A program made the translations under genes and the position numbers. Below the pieces are notes generated by a model. It ran no database searches and was not told the origin of the DNA. It saw nothing but the letters and a program-made list of their open reading frames with translations. A stretch of DNA of 63,739 bases, counting the filler, from Octopus bimaculoides (taxonomy: Eukaryota): assembly GCF_001194135.2 (NCBI RefSeq). It is 8 parts of 8 records of this genome, joined end to end, with 100 filler letters (N's around TTAATTAATTAA, not from the genome) between each part and the next. Parts side by side here need not be neighbours in the genome. Positions count along the whole stretch, not along the records: positions 1 to 7,585 come from NC_068996.1; positions 7,686 to 32,874 come from NC_068993.1; 6 more parts are not named here. One strand, given 5' to 3'. Below are positions 1 through 12,657 of this stretch, piece by piece (position 1 is the first letter of the stretch; each line of letters begins with the position of its first letter).

Positions 1-236
1 GGCACATAAAAGACACCATTTCGAGCGTGGCCGTTTTCGTGTGGGTGACACGTAAAAGCACCCACTACACTCTCTGAGTGGTTGGCGTTAGGAAGGGCAT
101 CCAGCTGTAGAAACTCTGCCAAATTAGACTGGAGCCTGGTGTTGCCATCCGGTTTCACCAGTCCTCAGTCAAATCGTCCAACCCATGCTAGCATGGAAAG
201 CAGACGTTAAACGATGATGATGATGATGATGATGAT
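1..236 (+). mobile_element. 3' half of a young SINE with (GAT)n tail
   Basis: Contains the core GGCGTTAGGAAGGGCATCCAGCTGTAGAAAC and ends in (GAT)8. Near-identical inverted copy at 63508-63739; diverged copies at ~2530, ~3996 and ~6255. Confidence 0.85.
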
Positions 237-254
237 ATGCATATATACATAGCA

Positions 255-826
255 GTGGCGAGGAAGTTCTGAAAGTATAGTTGTTAGAATAAGAATGGGC
301 TGGGCAAAGTTCAGAGAGCTTCTACCTTTGTTGGTAACTAAGGGCTTCTCCCTNNNNNNNNNNCTTCTACCTTTGTTGGTAACTAAGGGCTTCTCCCTCA
401 GATTGAAAGACAGATTGTATGATGCCTGTATACATACAGCTATGTTACATGGCAGTGAAACATGGGCTTTGACTACAGAGGACAGGTTTGAAAGAAATGA
501 AGCCAGCATTCCCCGCTGGATGGGTAATATCAGTGTGCATGCATAACTGAGTGTAAATGATTTAAGAGGAAAACTGGATACTGGATATAAGAGGCATCAG
601 ATGTTGTGTGCAAGAGAGAAGACTGTGATGGTTTGGTCATGAGATGTGTATGGATGAGGACAGCTGTATAAAGAAGTGCCAAGCTCTAATTGTGGAGGGA
701 ACCTGTGGAAGGGGTAGACCCAGGAAGACACGGGACGAAGTGGTGAGAAAAGATCTTCAGATGCTGGATCCTACTGAGGAAATGACAAGGAACCAGATAT
801 TTTGGTGATTTGCTATACTTTGAACA
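255..826 (+). mobile_element. RTE-clade LINE, 3' fragment (RT C-terminus), frameshifted
   Basis: Translates to RIRMGWAKFRELLPLL...LYDACIHTAMLHGSETW and later VEGTCGRGRPRKTRDEVVRKDL, typical RTE C-terminal motifs. Confidence 0.85.
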
Positions 827-858
827 AAGTGTGTGTGTGTGTGTGTGTGTGCATGCGT

Positions 859-890
<32 letters not shown>

Positions 891-1152
891 TTATAGGAGA
901 GAAAGAGAGAGTGAGGTGTTGGTAGAAGTTACAACATGCTGGAAGAAGTGTGATGACTTTAGATAAGGTGTTGAGGTAAGTGATGGTATGGATTGGGGTA
1001 AGTGATGGTATGCCTGGTAGAACAGATATATTATTGTGAGGAGGGGGTAGAGGAGAGATTAACATAGGGGCAGAGGAGGAAGAGGATGGATTACTATGTG
1101 CACACCAAGCAGTGAACTAAACAAGGATGAAGGATCCTGTTTATAGAATTCA

Positions 1153-1350
1153 GCAGACATGGCAGTGTGGCAAAAATCTTGCTTTCCAACCACATGGTTC
1201 TAGGTTCAGTCCCACAAAGTGGCACTTTGGGCAAATATCTCTATAACCTTGAGCTTACAAAAGCTTTGTGAGTAGATTTGGTAGGTGGAAACAAAAAGAA
1301 ACCTGTCCAACTGATGCCAGCATGGAAAACAGACATTAAATGATTGTAAT
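1153..1350 (+). mobile_element. Decayed tRNA-derived SINE (head fused to short tail)
   Basis: tRNA-like head with GGTTCAGTCCC B-box, similar to 19496-19650 and the reverse copy at 8390-8546. Confidence 0.7.
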
Positions 1351-1599
1351 GTGTTTGTGTGTGTATATAAGCATATATATATATAGCAATAAGAAAATGG
1401 AGGAGAATATGAGGTACTCATCAATTTGCAGACACTGTATTCTGTTGATTAATCTGTTTATTTTATAACTAAATTGACAAAAAACACAATACCATGTCGT
1501 ATCAACAGTTAAGATTTCAAATTTAAATTACATTTAGAATTGGATAGATACTATCCCTTAGTGGGTTGGATCCTCAACCCCTAACTTTCTTGGATTATT

Positions 1600-1634
<35 letters not shown>

Positions 1635-1965
1635 CCATAGTCTTATCAACACAGACATATCTGCTAAATTCTATAAATAGGAGCCTTCATCCTTGTTCAC
1701 TGATTTGTGTGAACATAGTAATTAATCCACTGTGTGTGTGTGTGTATATATACTGAAGGTAAGTGTGGATGGAAGGCGTGAAGGAAAGGACAAAAAAGGG
1801 AGAAATAAATGAGTATGGCAAGGAATTCAGTGAAAGTCACTGAAGGTTCGAGGGGTGTGTGGAGGGGAGGACAATGAGAGAGAGAAAAACGAAGTAGGGG
1901 TTGGGGAGTAATGTGTAAGTAGAGGGAGCAATGAGGGGAAAGAAGGGCTAGAGGATATTAGGAAG

Positions 1966-2051
<86 letters not shown>

Positions 2052-2529
2052 GGAATGCATTTGAAGAAGGGAAATTGTAGAGAGAAGCAGAATGTGAATG
2101 CAAGGAAAACAGTCCAGTGTGGAGAGTGAAAAAGGAATAGCGTTACCATTCAGTTGGAACAGTAAAAGAAAGGATAAAGGGCACCGTAGAGGTGTGAGGA
2201 GAAATAGTGAAATAAAGGCAAAACTAGGGTATTGGATGGTAGTAGAGGTAACTAGAGAGAGAGAGAGAGAGTGTGTGTGTGTGTGCTAGTTGTTTGTACA
2301 AGACAATTGTAATGAATGCTGGGTAGGAAGAAGTGAGGGTAGTCTAATGCAACCTTTTATATATGGACCTAGAGAAGGATGAGATGTATAGAATGAAATG
2401 GATGATGATGATGATGATGATGATGATGCAGTCTGTCCTGGTAGATGAGAGGTGAAAGGGTTGTGAGTGATGTGGAAATTGGAATCATGGAGGGGAAAGT
2501 GAAGGAACAGTAAGGTTGGCTTGGCATGA

Positions 2530-2680
2530 AACAAAAGTGTATAGGCATTAGGAATGGCATCCAGCCATAGAAACCGTGCCAAAAATAATTAACTGGAGCT
2601 GGATACAGTCCTCTGGCTTTACCAGCTCCTATCAAACCATTCAACTCATGCCAGTATGGAAAACAGATGATGATGATGAG
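2530..2680 (+). mobile_element. Diverged SINE 3' part with (GAT)n tail
   Basis: GGCATTAGGAATGGCATCCAGCCATAGAAAC core followed by CATGCCAGTATGGAAAACAGATGATGATG; same family as 1-236. Confidence 0.75.
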
Positions 2681-2689
2681 ATGTATATA

Positions 2690-3994
2690 TGATGGTATCT
2701 AAAACACTACTCTTGTGTGTAGGAATATCTTTCTGTAATGGATGAACAGGACTTTAGTAGCACTGTGTATGACCCAAGATTCTGTGACTGTGTATGACCC
2801 ATGATTCTCTTACAACTCTAGTGTGTCCATACAGCAGATGGGGTTTATACCTACTGCTTTTCTGCATATCAAGCAAGACCATTTCCTTGATGATGCCAGG
2901 GTCCTATGTTCTTTTCTACATACTAATATCTAAATCTTTGCTATATTTGAGGGTTCTCAATCTAGATTTAGCTACAATGCCTAGAAGAATTTCTTTTCTA
3001 ATTCCATTATAGATTCAACTAATAGAACTACATCATCAACGTATAGGAGATCTCACAGACGACCTTGTCCTCTGCTCTGAGAGCCTCTATGATTATGACA
3101 TATAGGAATGGACTAAGCCTTAATAGACTCCTGTCCCTATGCTAAATTCCTCACTGAAGTTATTGTTGATTGTCGCTTTACTTACAGTGTCTTTGTATAT
3201 GGTTTGTGCCACCCTCACAAACTGTTCATCTACACTTAGTTTTCTAAGTGACCACCGAATTACTGGACATGGTACCCTATCAAAGGACTTCTCCATTCAT
3301 TGAATACCAGGAATATAAAATTACCCTTAGTCAAGTATTTTATCTGTAGTTGTCTCCATAGTAACTCTGCCTGGCATGAAGGCATTTTATCTGGTTTACT
3401 CTGTTTTGGGGTCAGATGTGCTGTCACTCTCTCTCTGACCTTCAGAACCTGATTCAACACTGACCCCTCTATAATTTCATCCCTCCAAGGCATTTCCTTT
3501 ACAAGGTGTCATAATCATTGGATTATGACACCTTCCGTTATTACTTGATTAACTATCTGCATGATTATCATGTACCCTACCTCACTAGATATTTTGAGCA
3601 TCTCAGCTTTCCTTATTTTCATGTTCTTAATTGTTCTATCACACTTTGTCAATTTGAATTGCCAATTTCTCTGTAAGGTTAACAAGGAGTTACTCTTCTT
3701 AATCACATGCATTCTTCACATTCAATATCTTCTCATAACAACACTTCTATGACACTATTTCATCTTCCATAGCAATGACATCTTGGTTCCCTCTAAAACA
3801 GACTTGAAATTCTGGACATCTCATACTTTGTTTCTCATGTTACAGGACATGTGAAAAATCTCTTCTTTACTGTGTCACCCATAACCAAATACACTGGTAG
3901 CCCAGCTTGCCGTTCTAGCTATTCAATCATTCTCTCTACTACCACTTTCCTTCCTAGTTTTCCAAGCCTGTGTCTTTGCCTTTACTGCTCTGTG

Positions 3995-4042
<48 letters not shown>

Positions 4043-4870
4043 TTAATACTTGTTGTCCATGCTGGCATGGGTTGGACAGTGTGACCAGAGCTGGCAAGCT
4101 GGGGCACCAGACTCCAGTCTGATTTGGCATAGTTTCTATGGTTGGATGCCCTTCCTAATGCCAACCTCTTTACAGAGTGTGCAGAGTGCTTTTACGTGCC
4201 GCTGCATGGGAACTTATACGTGATGCTGCAGGAGAATGTTTTATAACTGTCACATCACCTTTGTTCCTACCACATATCAAATCTCTAGCCTTATGTAAGT
4301 TATTTTGCACAAATTTCCAGGTGTTATTTATGCTACAGGTATCTAAGTCCTCCTTCCTAAAGTCATATGAATCATTCAGAATTTCTTTAAACTTATGCTC
4401 AACTTTAGGGTCTTTTAGTTTCTGTATCTTCCTTCTCCATGCTGCTATTCATTTCTATGTCTGCCCTGCTCTGACTCTCTCATATCACTCACTAATCTAT
4501 GTTGCATTCTACATTCTTCAACAGAAAATGCTTGGCGTATTTATAAGAGCCACCCCTCCCATCCCATTTCTTGGTGAAAATGTTACCTATTTGTCTTGTG
4601 TACTCGCCAGATTGGTAAGCAATGAGGATGGCTAGACAGTTTCTTGAAGTGTGAGTTAGAACAAATTGTTAGATCAGTTACACCATTAAATGCAGGAGTC
4701 TTGTATCCTCATCATTTCTCATACCATATTTAAACCTCTATGAACATCATGTAAGCCATTGTAATTTTGACCAACATGGCCATTAAAATCACTCACCATG
4801 ATAATGAAGATACCTTTGATTGTTGTTGAGGTAGTCTGTAGAAGTTGTCTCAAAGAAACAGTTGTTCTGT
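2690..4870 (-). mobile_element. Degenerate RTE-clade LINE (endonuclease + RT), interrupted by a SINE
   Basis: Minus strand gives the APE motif SDFNGHVG (~4770-4790), RT motif MEKSFDRVP (~3273-3299) and catalytic LLYVDD (3032-3049, YADD-like), in the correct order with many stops. Confidence 0.85.
3996..4205 (-). mobile_element. SINE 3' part nested in the RTE LINE
   Basis: (CAT)n followed by GGTTGGATGCCCTTCCTAATGCCAACC, the reverse complement of the 1-236 family core. Confidence 0.8.
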
Positions 4871-4983
4871 ATGGAAATAGACATCTATATATACGTATAT
4901 GTGTGTGTGTGTGTGTGTGAATGCATATATATATATATATATATCAAATACATTTAAAAAAAAAACAAATAGGCATAGAACTC

Positions 4984-5982
4984 GGATCTTTTCCCTTTCA
5001 TCAGAAGATCGAGAAAATTAATTTTTGTAACTAAACACTTTGAAACTTTGGACACTGGTAGAATGTGTCATATAAAACATCTTTTACTCTTAGTGTTGTT
5101 GAGAAAAGTTTATATTTTCAAAGTTATTTCGTGTTAAAGTATTTCAGTAATTTCAACCAATCAATGATGTGTATTCAGTTGAATAAAATTACTGCCGTTG
5201 TTTGTCAACAATAGTTGTCGGTGGTGTATATTTCGTTTGTCACTATTATTTATGACAACATTCATGCGTTTGTATTGGTTTTAGGGTTAGGGTTAAGGTT
5301 TTAGGGTTAGGGTTAAGGTTGTAGGGTTAGGGTTAAGGTGTTAGTGTTAGGGTTGGGGTTTCAGGGGGTTATGGAAAAAGTGAAAAATGGAGAAATTGGA
5401 GGGGAAGGGGTAAGGGGGCAAAAAATTTCAAAATTCCGATTTTTGGCAATTTTCCAGAATCTCCATATCCAAAGCTGGGTTTTTGGGAAAAAAAAAAAAA
5501 AAAATTAAAAAAAAACAATAATTTGCGAGAAAATGGGGTGGGGTGGGGTTGGAGGAAGCCTTTCCGAAAATAGTAGCTGAAAAACAGGAAAAAAAAGAAA
5601 CCCCTAAAAAGCAGTAGAAATGCACGAAGGATTATGGTGGTGTCATGAAGTAAATGTGCTTCAGATACAATTGTTTATTCATACAAACGTAACTGAGATG
5701 AAATATGTCATAAATAATAGTGACAATTGAAATATACACCGCTGGAAGTTGTTGACAAACAACAGCAGTAATTTTATTCAGCTGAATACACATCATTGAT
5801 TGGTTGAAATTACTGAAATACGACAACTTTAACATGAAATAACTTTGAAAATACAAACTTTTCTCAACAACACTAAGAGTAAAAGATGTTTTATATGACA
5901 CATTCTACCAGTGTCCGAAGTTTGAAAGTGTTTAGTTACAAAAAATTAATTTCTTGATCTGCCGATGAAATGAAAAAGATCC
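4984..5982. mobile_element. Non-autonomous long-TIR (foldback/MULE-like) DNA element, ~1 kb
   Basis: Imperfect inverted arms 4984-5257 and 5706-5982 with GGATC...GATCC termini. Candidate 8-bp TSD TAGAACTC at 4976-4983 and 5994-6001. No internal ORF. Confidence 0.8.
5281..5360 (+). repeat. Telomere-like 20-bp tandem repeat (TTAGGGTTAGGGTTAAGGTT x4, degenerating)
   Basis: Read directly from the sequence; lies inside the long-TIR element. Confidence 0.9.
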
Positions 5983-6254
5983 TAGAAGGATCTTAGAACT
6001 CTGATGCACTGATTGTAAAATTCTCACTATAAAGTCTGCAGGTTGTCTATTAGAGAAGATGCAGTAGAGAAGCCAACACAATTTCACATCCTGTGAGGCT
6101 GAAATTGTCTGCAGCCATTTGATAAAAATGAATTTAAGAAGTTTATTGTTTCAAACATACTACAATGTATGTGTAGTTGATAGGTCAATAGTTGAGCTTC
6201 CAATGTCTGAAAGAAAAGTTGTTTGCCATATATCTGTCTGTCTGTTTGTGTATA

Positions 6255-6575
6255 TCATCATCATCATTTAATGTCTGTCTTCCATGCGTGTATGAATAGG
6301 ACTGTTGACAAGAACTGGCCAGGTAAAAGACTACTCCCAGGCTCCTGTGTCTATTTTGGCAGGGATTTTATGGCTGGATGCCCTTCCTAACACCAACCAC
6401 TCTGCAGAGTGGACTCAGTTCGTTTTACATGGCACTAACACAGGCGAGGTTAGCTTTGACAAGATTTTTACAGCTGGATACCCTTCCAAATGCCAACCAC
6501 TTTACAGTGTGGACTGGATGCTTTTAACCTGGCACCAGCCCTGGCAGAGTAGTCAAGTAACTCACAAGACAAGGA
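6255..6575 (-). mobile_element. SINE 3' part with internally duplicated core
   Basis: (CAT)n plus two copies of GCTGGAT(G/A)CCCTTCC-AA-(A/G)CCAACCAC at ~6374 and ~6474. Confidence 0.7.
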
Positions 6576-6619
6576 ATTATGAGAGGGGTAGGGCTACTGG
6601 AGGTTGGGATTTTGTGTGA

Positions 6620-6960
6620 GATGATGACAGAGAAATAGAGAGGCAGAAACATGTATCTTGCTATAGAGGAAGTACATGGTTACCTTGCAAGAGAGAGAGA
6701 GAGAAGAAAAGAGAGGAAGAGAGAGAGAGAGTGAGAGGAAAAGAGAGGCCAGAGAAAGAGAGAGAGAGAGCGATGGGGAGAGAGAGGTACAAGAAAGAGG
6801 ACAGAAACAGGTATGCTGATGTAAAAGTGATACTTGGTTACCTAGTTAGAGCAAAAACAAGAGGAGAGAGAGAGAGAGGGGGGGTCAAGCATGATGGCAT
6901 AAACAGGTATGCTGTTGTAGAGGAGATACATGGCTACCCAGGCAGAGGGAGAGAGAGCAA
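6620..6960 (+). repeat. Three diverged ~45-bp motifs separated by GA-rich tracts
   Basis: AAACA(G/T)GTAT...GA(T/G)AC(A/T)TGG(C/T)TACC at ~6645, ~6805 and ~6900. Confidence 0.6.
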
Positions 6961-6973
6961 GAGAAAGACAGGG

Positions 6974-7018
<45 letters not shown>

Positions 7019-7585
7019 AGGAGAGAGATGGTGGTAAAGTGTCAGGGTATACTCACAAGAAATGGAGTTCAGAGCATAGAGGGGATGGTAGAGGAAGAGA
7101 GAGAGAGAGATAAATGGTGGCACTTGCCAGGACATGACCCTGAGGTACAGAGTTCATAGTATATGCAGTAAGGTATTGCCAAGAAGGTAGGGAGTAGGGT
7201 TTGGGAATCGCAGTGACTGGTGAAAACCTGGGTATAAAGATGGGGTGGGGGGGATTCAGTGATACAGTAAGCAGGGCAATGAGGGCAGGGAAGGGGAGTG
7301 GGAGATAATCATAGTATATGAAAAGGAAATGTGAGGAAGAGAAGAGATGCAGTTTAGAAGAGGAGTTGTAGTTCCATGATGGTAAGACTAACAAACAAAA
7401 AAAAAAGTACTCCATCTGGGGAGGGATAAATATTATTTAATAAACATTTAATATAAATATTTTTTATGAGCTACAAATGGTTTCATGTGATGAAAAACAT
7501 CTCAGACAGCATTTTTTAACACATCTGGTGCCTTCATGCAATTCTCAGGCTATTAATAGCTCACAAAAATATATATTGTGTTTAT

Positions 7586-7685
7586 NNNNNNNNNNNNNNN
7601 NNNNNNNNNNNNNNNNNNNNNNNNNNNNNTTAATTAATTAANNNNNNNNNNNNNNNNNNNNNNNNNNNNNNNNNNNNNNNNNNNN
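7586..7685. other. Synthetic scaffold spacer
   Basis: 44 N + TTAATTAATTAA (7630-7641) + 44 N. Confidence 0.95.
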
Positions 7686-7736
7686 ATATATATATATATA
7701 TATATATATACATATGTATATATATATGTATATATA

Positions 7737-7861
7737 CAGGGTGTCCACAAGATCTGGGTACATGGAGTAAATAAAATCATAACAAACAATTAAATATAAG
7801 AAATAATAATTTCTTAAAGTATGTGTAAATCCCCAAGTACCCAGACTTTGTGGACACCCAG
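7737..7861. mobile_element. Tc1/mariner-type MITE, 125 bp
   Basis: TIRs CAGGGTGTCCACAAGATCTGGGTAC / GTACCCAGACTTTGTGGACACCCAG, flanked by TA. Confidence 0.8.
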
Positions 7862-7904
7862 TATATATATTCTCATAAACATAAATATATATTAATATAT
7901 ATTC

Positions 7905-8546
7905 TTTTACATGTTTCAGTCATTTGAATGCGACCATACTGGATCGTCGCCTTGACGGCTTTTAGACGAAGAAGTCGACCCTAGGAGTTATTTTTTGAAG
8001 TCTAGTACTGATTCTATCGTTTGTTTTACCGAACCGCTAGAAAACGGGTACATAAGCACACCACCACCGATGGATATATGATGATGGGAGACAAACGTAG
8101 ACTCAAAGACACACACACACATATATATATACACATATATATGCATACACATATATGTGTGTGTGTGCGCGCGTGTGTGCATGTGTATGTATGTGTGTAC
8201 ATATATTTATATATATATACCAACATAATATATAAATATATGCATATGTCCATACATATATGCACATACCTACATATGTATGGACATATGCATACATTTA
8301 TATATTATTTATGTTATTATATGATCGAACGCCACACACTGTCTCCAAGTAAGTTTTATATATATATATATATATATCCATATATATATACGACCGACTT
8401 CTTCAGTTTCCGTCTACTAAATCCACTCACAAGTTTTAGTCGGCGCGATGCAATAGTGGAAGAGACATAACCAATGTGCCACTCAGTGGGACTGAACCTG
8501 GAACTATGTGTTTGGGAAGCAAGCTTTTTACCATACAGCCACGCCT
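7905..8546 (-). mobile_element. Full-length tRNA-derived SINE with internal TA/TG microsatellite
   Basis: tRNA-like head at 8390-8546 (GGTTCAGTCCC on minus) and 3' body at 7905-8110, matching 59172-59447. Confidence 0.75.
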
Positions 8547-8785
8547 ATTTACACACACACACACACACACACACATACACACACACACACACACACACAT
8601 ACACACACACCTGTGTAATATGAAATGATTCGGAAGTCTTCATTATAGGCAGGCAAGTGTGTATTCGAATTCAAAAATCCAAGTTCTTCACTGGCACTTC
8701 TTTAAACACACCGAAAGAGCGGTGATTAGCATAATCTACATCGGTGCAGCGATGATCGGAACCCGTGACCTGAAGCGCTGCACTA

Positions 8786-8830
<45 letters not shown>

Positions 8831-9352
8831 GACGACGACGACGACGACGATGATGATGATATTTAGCCATTATAATGAATAGGAATGTTCCAATGTATTT
8901 ACAGCTCACGCACACCTTGGAACACGCATGGACATTACTTCAGTTTGAATCTCTCCATCTCATTCACGATCCAACTCTCTTTACCTTTCTCTCCCTTACC
9001 TACGTTGTCTTTCAATGTCATTCTCTCTCTCTCTCTCTCTCTCTCACTGTTTGTCTGTCTGTCTGTCTCTCTCCGCTCTCCCTCTCCCTCTCTCTCTCTC
9101 TATCTATCTTTCTTCCTTTCTCGTGTTGCAACACACTGGCTTCAGGTTAGAGTTCACAGACGCTACAGTCAACCTATATCAATGTTATTGTCACGTCTGA
9201 CAGATCTTTGATTCAATAGAGACAAAAGGGAATAAAATTAATCATATTTACGACGACACCGCCATCATATCAGGGACAATATGCTCAAGAAAGAGAAAGG
9301 AAAGAGAAAAGGAAAGGGTAAAAGGGAGGTGAAGTAAAGTGTAGTAGAAAAC

Positions 9353-9452
<100 letters not shown>

Positions 9453-10254
9453 TATAGAGAGAAAGAGGAGTCGGTTGAATCGTCATATGTTGTAGGCATC
9501 CTTAATTAGACCTCAGAGCTGGGGCTTCCTTTCATAATGCACATATATACACGAATCTAAAGTTGGTATATGTATGTGTGTATGCATGTGCGTACATATA
9601 GAGGCTTGTATGTATGTATGTATGTATGTATGTATGTATGTATGATGTATGTATGATGTATGTATGTTTGTATGTATGTATGTATGTATGTATGTATTTA
9701 TGTATGTGCATGAATATCTATCATATACATAAGTACACGCCTATATATATATATACATATAAATGAATTTGTATTTGNNNNNNNNNNNNNNNNNNNNNNN
9801 NNNNNNNNNNNNNNNNNNNNNNNNNNNNNNNNNNNNNNNNNNNNNNNNNNNNNNNNNNNNNNNNNNNNNNNNNNNNNNNNNNNNNNNNNNNNNNNNNNNN
9901 NNNNNNNNNNNNNNNNNNNNNNNNNNNNNNNNNNNNNNNNNNNNNNNNNNNNNNNNNNNNNNNNNNNNNNNNNNNNNNNNNNNNNNNNNNNNNNNNNNNN
10001 NNNNNNNNNNNNNNNNNNNNNNNNNNNNNNNNNNNNNNNNNNNNNNNNNNNNNNNNNNNNNNNNNNNNNNNNNNNNNNNNNNNNNNNNNNNNNNNNNNNN
10101 NNNNNNNNNNNNNNNNNNNNNNNNNNNNNNNNNNNNNNNNNNNNNNNNNNNNNNNNNNNNNNNNNNNNNNNNNNNNNNNNNNNNNNNNNNNNNNNNNNNN
10201 NNNNNNNNNNNNNNNNNNNNNNNNNNNNNNNNNNNNNNNNNNNNNNNNNNNNNG

Positions 10255-10420
10255 ATATAATCGACTTAATTCCTTTATCTGTCCTTGTTTGTCCCCTCTA
10301 TGTTTAGCCCTTCGTGAGTAATATATAAAAAAGAAACGGAAAGAAGCCCATCGCATACAAACAGTGTAGAGTCTCTCCCTTCGGCTAAGTTCTCTGTTGA
10401 AAAGCGTTCCAGCAGTAACT
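10255..10420 (+). mobile_element. SINE 3' fragment adjacent to a gap
   Basis: GATATAATCGACTTAATTCC...TGTCCTTGTTTGTCCCCTCTATGTTTAGCCC, related to the family at 43825-45000. Confidence 0.55.
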
Positions 10421-10852
10421 ATTTCGACATTATTTCATTTCTTTTTTTCATTAATTCTTCAGTTTCTGTGTGTGTGCATCGATTTTGTTCTATTTCTTTC
10501 TTTCATCCATCTCTCTCTTCCTTCCTGTCTGTTTTATGAAACTTAATTTTCTAATTATCCTATCGTGTTTAATAAGGTTAAATTTTGCAGGTGAAACATC
10601 CAGGATAAATTACATTAACTGTGAATTCAAAATTTAATTCGAATGCAAAATGTAGCTTGTTGATATTAAACTATTCATGAAAGTTATTCTCTTTATTGTG
10701 TGGTGTAGTTGACTGCTGTCAGGAAATTGAATCATGCGTGCACACAAACATGGATACACTGGTATATTTAATCCCCTCATACACAAATACATGCACAAAA
10801 TACACGCACACAAAAATTCACGTTCGCACTTATATGTATATATATCTATCTA

Positions 10853-10931
<79 letters not shown>

Positions 10932-12224
10932 ATATATATANNNNNNNNNNNNNNNNNNNNNNNNNNNNNNNNNNNNNNNNNNNNNNNNNNNNNNNNNNNN
11001 NNNNNNNNNNNNNNNNNNNNNNNNNNNNNNNNNNNNNNNNNNNNNNNNNNNNNNNNNNNNNNNNNNNNNNNNNNNNNNNNNNNNNNNNNNNNNNNNNNNN
11101 NNNNNNNNNNNNNNNNNNNNNNNNNNNNNNNNNNNNNNNNNNNNNNNNNNNNNNNNNNNNNNNNNNNNNNNNNNNNNNNNNNNNNNNNNNNNNNNNNNNN
11201 NNNNNNNNNNNNNNNNNNNNNNNNNNNNNNNNNNNNNNNNNNNNNNNNNNNNNNNNNNNNNNNNNNNNNNNNNNNNNNNNNNNNNNNNNNNNNNNNNNNN
11301 NNNNNNNNNNNNNNNNNNNNNNNNNNNNNNNNNNNNNNNNNNNNNNNNNNNNNNNNNNNNNNNNNNNNNNNNNNNNNNNNNNNNNNNNNNNNNNNNNNNN
11401 NNNNNNNNNNNNNNNNNNNNNNNNNNNNNNNNNNNNNNNNNNNNNNNNNNNNNNNNNNNNNNNNNNNNNNNTGATATACACTTAAATACATATATATATA
11501 TCGAAATGAAGTCACAAGCATATGTTTAGCTACTTAAGAAATCAAAATACACTGTGTTGTATATCTAGAAATACACAACACACAACAGAAGACAGCTGCA
11601 ATTGCAAAATCAGAGCAATATTCGTTTTATATAAATTTGCAGAAATGTAAAGGACTGTAGAAAAAAACAACAAAATAAAAACAACAACACCAACTATAAT
11701 TCTAGAGAGGTGCAATGACAAAAAACAATGTCAAATCGAACAGTGTGTCGTGAAGAACCAGTTATATGTGACACCTGCACTCCTTTTGCAATCTTTTTAG
11801 AAATGCTACGACTCTCTCAAAACAGATTTGGAATGCTAACGATAAAAACACAACCAAATATGAAATAGGTTCTGGTGGACAACCTCACGCCCACATAAAG
11901 CATCTTTTGGTCAGGGTCGGTAATATATCTGCATGTGTATGCGCAGGTTTGGTTTAATGTAGAAAACTGGCTGCCGTTCATCAATACAAGTCTCCTTTCT
12001 CTATGCAAATGATGACGTACATGGAAAACAAGGAAATTAATCTAAGGGTGATAATAATTGGCAATGATGCCGCAGTAAAATCGTACACATGTTTTCCGGA
12101 TATGCTCTGAGTGCATATCATAAAATGATTCACATATGTTTCACAAATATATATATATCATATAACATTTATGTATGTATGTATGTATGTATGCATGTAT
12201 GTATGTATGTATGTATGTATGTGT

Positions 12225-12508
12225 GAGAAGGCAACTGGCCAGGTGATGAGGGTATACGGCTAGGGATTGTAAAGTGATGAGTGCGTTTCTCAGCGGCGTC
12301 TTGTCTTCTTGAGCAAGACATTTTATTTCATATCATCCAGTTCACTCAGCTGCAGCTCAATGCGACAGCCTTTGTCACATTCGGTATTTCACGCTAAATA
12401 TCCCTAAACAGTACGTCAAAGGCATGTGTGTCTTTAGAATATCAGCTACCTGCAAGTTACTTTCACGAGCAGGCTGTTCTGTTAATCGAATCTGATGAAG
12501 GGTCAGGG

Positions 12509-12510
<2 letters not shown>
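12225..12510 (+). mobile_element. Decayed SINE of a second family
   Basis: TTCTTGAGCAAGACATTTTATTTCA...CCAGTTCACTCAGCTG core shared with 34895-35075, 43640-43810 (minus) and 58488-58775. Confidence 0.6.
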
Positions 12511-12574
<64 letters not shown>

Positions 12575-12626
12575 GTATTTTTCTCTCTCTCTCTCTATCT
12601 ATTTATCTATTTATTTATTTATTTAT

Positions 12627-12657
<31 letters not shown>

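Noticed and set aside
319-398. 35-bp direct repeat around a 10-N gap
   Set aside because: An exact duplication on both sides of a minimal gap is an unmerged contig overlap.
5281-5360. True telomere or chromosome fusion site
   Set aside because: Only four degenerate 20-bp units, internal to a TIR element, with no head-to-head inversion.
11817-12008. Non-repetitive 63-aa ORF on the minus strand and an overlapping plus-strand open segment
   Set aside because: No recognisable motif or convincing splice pair; the length is within chance expectation.
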